Assembly (NCBI RefSeq): GCF_000315625.1
Contig: NW_005434652.1
Location: 696,091 to 760,090, forward strand
Length of the DNA stretch: 64,000 bases
Origin: Guillardia theta CCMP2712
Taxonomy: Eukaryota; Protista; Cryptophyta
Reading direction: 5' to 3'
The notes below the pieces were generated by a model, which made no database searches, was not told where the DNA came from, and saw nothing but the letters and a program-made list of their open reading frames with translations. The stretch's first letter is position 1, and each line of letters opens with the position of its first letter. The position numbers were made by a program, and so were the translations under genes. This document shows, piece after piece, positions 58,201-64,000 of this stretch.

Positions 58201-61200
58201 TTCAAGCACGGCATCGATGGACTCAGAGACATTCTCGATCATGATTGGTTCTCCATTGCTCATTGCAAGCTCAATAAACTGGAAACCAGAGTCAGTGTGA
58301 TCACAAATCTAGAACAATTCAAACTTACATTGATATATTTGTCTTGAGTCTGTTGAACAACTTTCATTTCTTTCACCTCAATCTTTGTCTCTGTCACATT
58401 TCCTTCCTCATCAGTGGCAGCTGGAACTTCGACCTCCTTAGTGTACTTGTTCTTAATCCACTTGATTCCTTGCAACTGAGGATCAATCATGAGAGGCCAT
58501 CTTTGACAATTTGTCATGATGGCGCCGTTTTGCGTTGAGACAGTATCGGTCGGGAGGCCTTCACTATTCCAGATAGCAACGGTTGCAGAATCACAAAGCA
58601 TGTCGAGAGGTTGAATGCCTTCGGTCATCGGGATCTGCTTCTCGATCATGTCTGTGATCCAAAGAGTATTGACGAGCTTCTCTCTGAAAGCAAGATTGAA
58701 AGCTCCAATGTAAGAAACAAAAGCAGAGGCAATCATCACATCTCCGACGTAGTTGCGCTCCTGGACTCCAAACCTCTCAATAGACTGCGACCATCTGACC
58801 TTCTCGTCAGCCAAGCCGTTCACCAACCTGTCTGCCATGTTTGCCTTGTTCTGCGTCTTTTCTGCTGCTGCGATGGCCTCATTCTTTTCTTGTGTTGCTT
58901 CTTCGAATTGTCTTGTAAGGTCAGCAAGCTTCTCTTCCAGCTCAGCAACTTGCTTTCGAACAGCTGCAAGTTTGGTGTTGGCCTCTTCTAAACGCTGGTT
59001 GGCTTCATTCAGCAACTTTCGTTTTGGTTCGACGTACTGATAAATTCGGAAATACTTGCAGATGTTAATAACCCAGGAGGTCATCCCAGCAGCAGCCTGC
59101 GACTTGGCTTGCATTGTTGCAGTATTGAAGTAAGGTTTGTTTATAACATTATTTTCACACCACGTGCAAGCAATCTCAGGGGTGTTGTCCTTGTCAAAGT
59201 TGATCAAAGAATTCAAGAATTGATCAACGTTGCCCATCATCTTCTTGGCAGCATTCCAGCTCAAGTCCTTCGGGATCTTTCCACCTCCCATCAATACCAT
59301 GACAGCACTTGTGACATCATCGACTCCAGCTGGAGGGGAGGACAACGCTTTCAATTCTGTCAACGACTTCTTGTCCAACGTGTTCAAAGCTGCCTCTGCC
59401 TCCTGGATAACGGGCTCAGCCGCTGCCAGATCTTTATCGCACTCAGCCTGAAATGCCATAACCTCTTCTGCAATCTTGCTGCATTTCTCCTCTTCGATGG
59501 CAGCAGCAGCTTTTTGCTCCTCCGCAACCGCGGTCTCCTGACCAACAATAACTATGAGCTCATCGGTAGCTGCTTTCTTTGCTTCAACAACTGCCATGTC
59601 TTTCACCAAATTCTCCTGGAGCTCGGCTACCTGCTCGGCAGCACTATTCATCTTCTCAAGTCCGTTCTCTAGACGCTCACGAAGAACTTTGATGCCTTCC
59701 TTCTTTGCTGCTAACATGCTTTTGTACAAGGAAATTAGGTCTAAGAATGATTTTGGGGTTGTATAATTGTATCTTCTCTCCGCATCGAAGAATTCAAGAG
59801 AGCAATTCTCGACAGAACGATGGACATGCGCCATGTGTAATGCAACGTTGTTTTGAAGCCCTTCCTCAGATGTGATCGCCTCAACCTCCTTAATGAATCT
59901 ATTTGCCACTTTCATGAGGGCTTCTTGAGACCAACCCATGAAGTAGTCATAAACAGTGTCATTTACCAAGGCAGGAAATTGTCGAGCGCGAATGCGGAAG
60001 GAGTCACCGACAGGGCTGAAGCACAGGACCATATGAAGGTTCTTTCTCACCTTCTCGATGAAGAAATCCCAACAATTCTCAGCTGTGTCTATTAATCCTG
60101 CCTGTTTGACTTCACCTCGCACAGCGTTGGCACAGTTGTCCTTTTCTTCTTTCGGCATCAGGTCTGCAATATTGCCCGAAGCCAAGAAGTCATTTATGAG
60201 AACCATGAATTTCTCGTTCACGATCTGTCCATCTGTTAGGATGAAAGCCATCCCGATTCCCTTCACACCAGACTTAATGTACAACCCCATCAAATTCTCC
60301 TTGAAATCAGCCATTCCATATGAAGAGGTGACAGTTATCTGATATGACTCGTAACCAACAATAAAGGCAGAAAGTCTTGCAAGACTTTGTTTGCCGCTTC
60401 CACCTACCCCAACGAGTAAGGCATTTCCTCTAGGCAATTCAATAACTCGTGTAATTCTGCAGACATGCTCCACAGCTTGTTCGAACATAACAAGATTCAT
60501 CACTGCATTGCTTTCGTTGTATTCCCTCAATCGATCTTCCACAATTCCACAAAGCTTGTCAATGTCACTGATGTTTGCATATGGCCTATCAGAATCGTCT
60601 ACTCCAGGTACAGCGAACGTGGTGAAGTAGTTTGGCCTTTCCATCAACTTCTCCTGATTTAATTCGGACCAATACTTTTTGTTGGTGTCATTAAGTATCT
60701 GCTTAAATTTGTCCACATCATCTTCAGCGATCATTCGATCGAGGAAAACTCTCTCACATTCATGGTACCACAAGCGAGCAAGAAGAACTCCTGAGCCGCA
60801 AGTCTGAGGCCTGGAACGACAAACTCCTTGCATGACGTTTGCCAACTCACGGAGATTGAAGAGATAATGAAACTTCACGGCAGTAGGTAGGAAGATCTTT
60901 GAAACCTGCGTGTACAAATCTATTGTTGCTTGCACAGTATTTTCAGCCCACTTTAGCACCTCGGGAGCAAAACCATTGCTAAGATGCCCTTTAAGAATAG
61001 CAGAGTAGATGCTCATAAGAACTTCGTTCGAAGGCATCATTACAGAAAAGGTCATATACGATCGTTGCAACCTGGGATCGATGACAAAGGAACCGGCAGT
61101 TGGATTCATGCATGAGAGGAATTGCACTTTTTGGATTTCTTTTGGTTGCAACTTGATCCTATCGTACCATGCAGCATAGTCGAAGGCCTGTCTGAGCAGA

Positions 61201-64000
61201 GCTATCGGTTGCTGTGTTCCATACTTGTCCACCACAGGCATGTTCAGGTCATCAATGAAGTAAATTAGCCGTTTCGATCCTGGTGGACCAAACACTCTGC
61301 CAGTCTTCTTTTCCAAAATACTTTCCTGCATACCATGTCAGCATAAAATCAATCGAACAAATGAGAATTCACGAACCATTGCCATTTGTGCAATCATGGA
61401 GTCAGTAAAGGAATTGAAGTTGATTCCTAAGGTGAGGAATTGTTCGGAATCAATGTTTCGCAATTTATCTTTCATGATTGTTGTCTTGCCCGTTCCTGCA
61501 CTACCAACAAAACATACAGGCCTCCTATACGGAACAACCAAATCAAGAATAGCTGTGATGCGTTGAGTTTGCAAAGTATTGACATAGATGTTTCCGAACA
61601 CGATTCCTGGTTGATGCACATAGGCAGCAATCCTGTCATTCCAATGCTGCCAGCAGTTGTTCTCCATGTCGACAACGTAATCAAAGATAGATCCTTCTTC
61701 TGGAAATGGACATTTAGTGAATTCAGTGCGAAACCACTTGTTGAACTGTTCCTTGTAATCTCCAGATTTGTCATGCGTGAGAGCACCACCAGCTCCCCAC
61801 ATGAGTGCATAGATGAACACTTGCTCAATGAGCTTCAATCCATCTTCAGGTCCTAGCTGCTTCTGATGTTGAGCAAACGATTCACCATTTCCAAGAACTC
61901 CTTCAAGGATATAGCATGTTGTCATCGCTGCATTAATCTTCGGCAGCGGACATATCATCCTGAAGTTACGGAAAACAAAATTGATGGTCTTTTCCATGTA
62001 TTCCTCAAAGAGCTTAGTTAGGGTTGTACGTTCACCTTCAAGCTCTCGGTTCTGAACCCAGGAAGCAATGTATGGTGCCCACCCGACATCTGTGTCGTTG
62101 AGAAAAATCACTCCACCACGAGAAACGGTCGCGGGTGAAGCCTCGCGCATGTTTTCGATCTCCAAGAGCAACCTCATTGGCGGCGTAAGGGGAATCCTTT
62201 CATTACTTGCCAGCGTCAGGGTCTTGTTATCGTCCATAACAGTGTTCATCGACTCAATCCATTCAGCATCGATGTCTCCGTCCAAAACAATCCATTCATG
62301 TTTAACAGTTGTAGTGTTGGCTAAATCACGGAAAATCTGGGAAATCAAACCATCCTTCCATTCTCTGGTGGCTGGATGAATGTAACCATACAGTTCATTT
62401 CTGGTTACTGACTTGGGATTCAAATAGTTCATTGTACTCTTCTCCCCAAAGATATTCTGAGCCTTGGACAAAGTCTTCAACATCTCTGACTTACCGCAAC
62501 CTGCTGGACCAAGCACAAAAACTGACCAACGGACGACCAAGATTTCACGTAATTGCGTGCACTTCAGAATAAAAATGTCCTCTGGTTGCAATCGCAACAA
62601 AGTGGCAGCCTCTGCCAACTTTGCTTCGAAGTCAAGGTCCCTATTTCTTGGCACCAAGTCGAGAGAACGAGGAAACAAATCGTTGAGCATACCCATGCTG
62701 CAAATCTCTTGTCAGAAGGCAATCATGTTCAGATATGATCATATACTCACAAAATTCCAACGTCATCCGCCACAAGCTTTCCCAGATTAAAATCACGGAG
62801 AGCCCTCAGAAGCACTTTGTCCTCTGTATTCTCACGGTCCAATCTTCGTAATCCACCAGCAACAGCAAGTGTCGTCTTTACAGCCCTCAATTTCCAATCA
62901 TAGTGACGCTGGGCTGACAGCAAGGCCTCACTCAACCGGTACAAGATCATAAACTTTCGCGCTAAGACCTTTCCTTCCGCATACCTGAAATAAAGATATC
63001 AATACCAATTTGTAAGCCTTCAGTATGCATACCCTTCTGACATCAGCATAATTTCTGCGATGAGATCCATATCCGGAGTAACCATTGCACAGGGACGAAA
63101 CAACGCTTTTACACTTTCTGGTAATTCAGTTCTACCCGCATAACCTGCAGCAAAAAAAACGTGAATAAGATTCGCAAAATCATCCAACGGAGAAAAGAAA
63201 AGAAAGACAAGTAAACCTACCGGGATTCATAGTAATGAATCCGCAACAGAAAGGCTCATGATTCAAGGGGATGTCATCGTCCTCGAAGATAAATCGACGT
63301 TTCTTTGCGCGAATAGCATCTAGGATGCATTTGTATTGTGTGCTCGTCACGGAGAGAACGGAAATGTCGATCCGATTGAACTCGTCAAAGCAACCCCAAG
63401 CCCCTGCTTGTGCTAGCCCTTTGAAGATCTGGCCCATGCTCTTATAGTCCATCTGATCCGAGCAATTGAACACGTACACCATAATACCCAGAGCTCGTCC
63501 AAGATCTTTGGTTGTCTCTGTTTTTCCAGTTCCAGCGGGTCCTGCAGGAGCACCTCCGAGAATGAGTCGCATAGCCTGGGTCAGAGTGATATAACAGCGG
63601 TCAGTAAGTGGTGTGACGACAAGACATCCACAATTGCCAATGTACTCATAGCCAAAGAAACACTCGTAGTCGCAGATATTGATCTTTCCCAAATGAGTCT
63701 TTTCATCTAAGCTGAATTTGAGCTGGGACATCCACAGGAAGCATTGATTGTTTTCTGCCTTTGTTTCGATCAGTTCCAGTACCACATCACGAGCGTGCAC
63801 ATCGACTGTGACAATCATGACAATCTTCTTGCGATCATTCGAGCTGAGTTCGCCCAGGATCAGAGTGACAAAGGAAGTCAACTGCTCGATTTGTTTGCCG
63901 CTATACTCGCGCATGGCCTGCTCGTTTCCTTCTTCCATCTGTTCAAAAGTGAAATCCACTTCTTCGCGGTAAGCTATACGCGAACACGTTCCAGCAATCA
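55237..64000 (-). CDS. ODA11: Axonemal outer-arm dynein heavy chain, alpha/beta class (most like Chlamydomonas alpha); motor domain, 5'-partial
   Basis: P-loops [26 protein letters not shown] and GVGGSGKQS; [20 protein letters not shown], stalk/[16 protein letters not shown] and ISLGQGQ-like VSLGQGQ. Five canonical GT-AG introns near 58280-58330, 61328-61377, 62698-62750, 62985-63032 and 63145-63220. The alpha assignment rests on recalled motifs (ELERPED..LPGDWK, LQNIHLT..WT) and is less certain than the family call. Confidence 0.93.

Overview
This is compact, intron-rich eukaryotic nuclear DNA. Most introns are about 40-65 nt with a CTGAC/TTGAC branch point close to the 3' AG. The gene content (axonemal dynein, bipartite-presequence proteins, IPT/TIG- and RCC1-repeat surface proteins, CT/CCCT microsatellites) points to a flagellated alga with a complex plastid, most likely a cryptophyte such as Guillardia theta; this is inference. 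Recognisable genes: an FN3/IPT/SEA surface protein (5'-partial), an IPT/TIG + kelch-like secreted protein, a CDPK-like kinase, an ankyrin/coiled-coil protein, a PHO4/PiT phosphate transporter, a TPR protein, a prominin-like membrane protein with EF-hands, a GLOD4-glutaredoxin fusion, prolidase, U6 snRNA, a secreted RCC1-repeat protein, and an outer-arm dynein heavy chain (5'-partial). Several hypothetical genes are also present. The strongest leads are: (i) the GLOD4-glutaredoxin fusion, whose presequence ends in a ubiquitin-like RLRGG; (ii) strand-oriented GGGGT/GGGTA motif clusters upstream of genes, plus a 23-nt element shared by two divergent promoters; (iii) runs of GC-AG introns; (iv) a prominin-like protein with cytosolic EF-hands; (v) a U6 promoter with plant-like USE/TATA geometry. 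I found no CRISPR array, tRNA, rRNA or intact transposon. Exon boundaries were read by eye, and the ends of the hypothetical genes are approximate.
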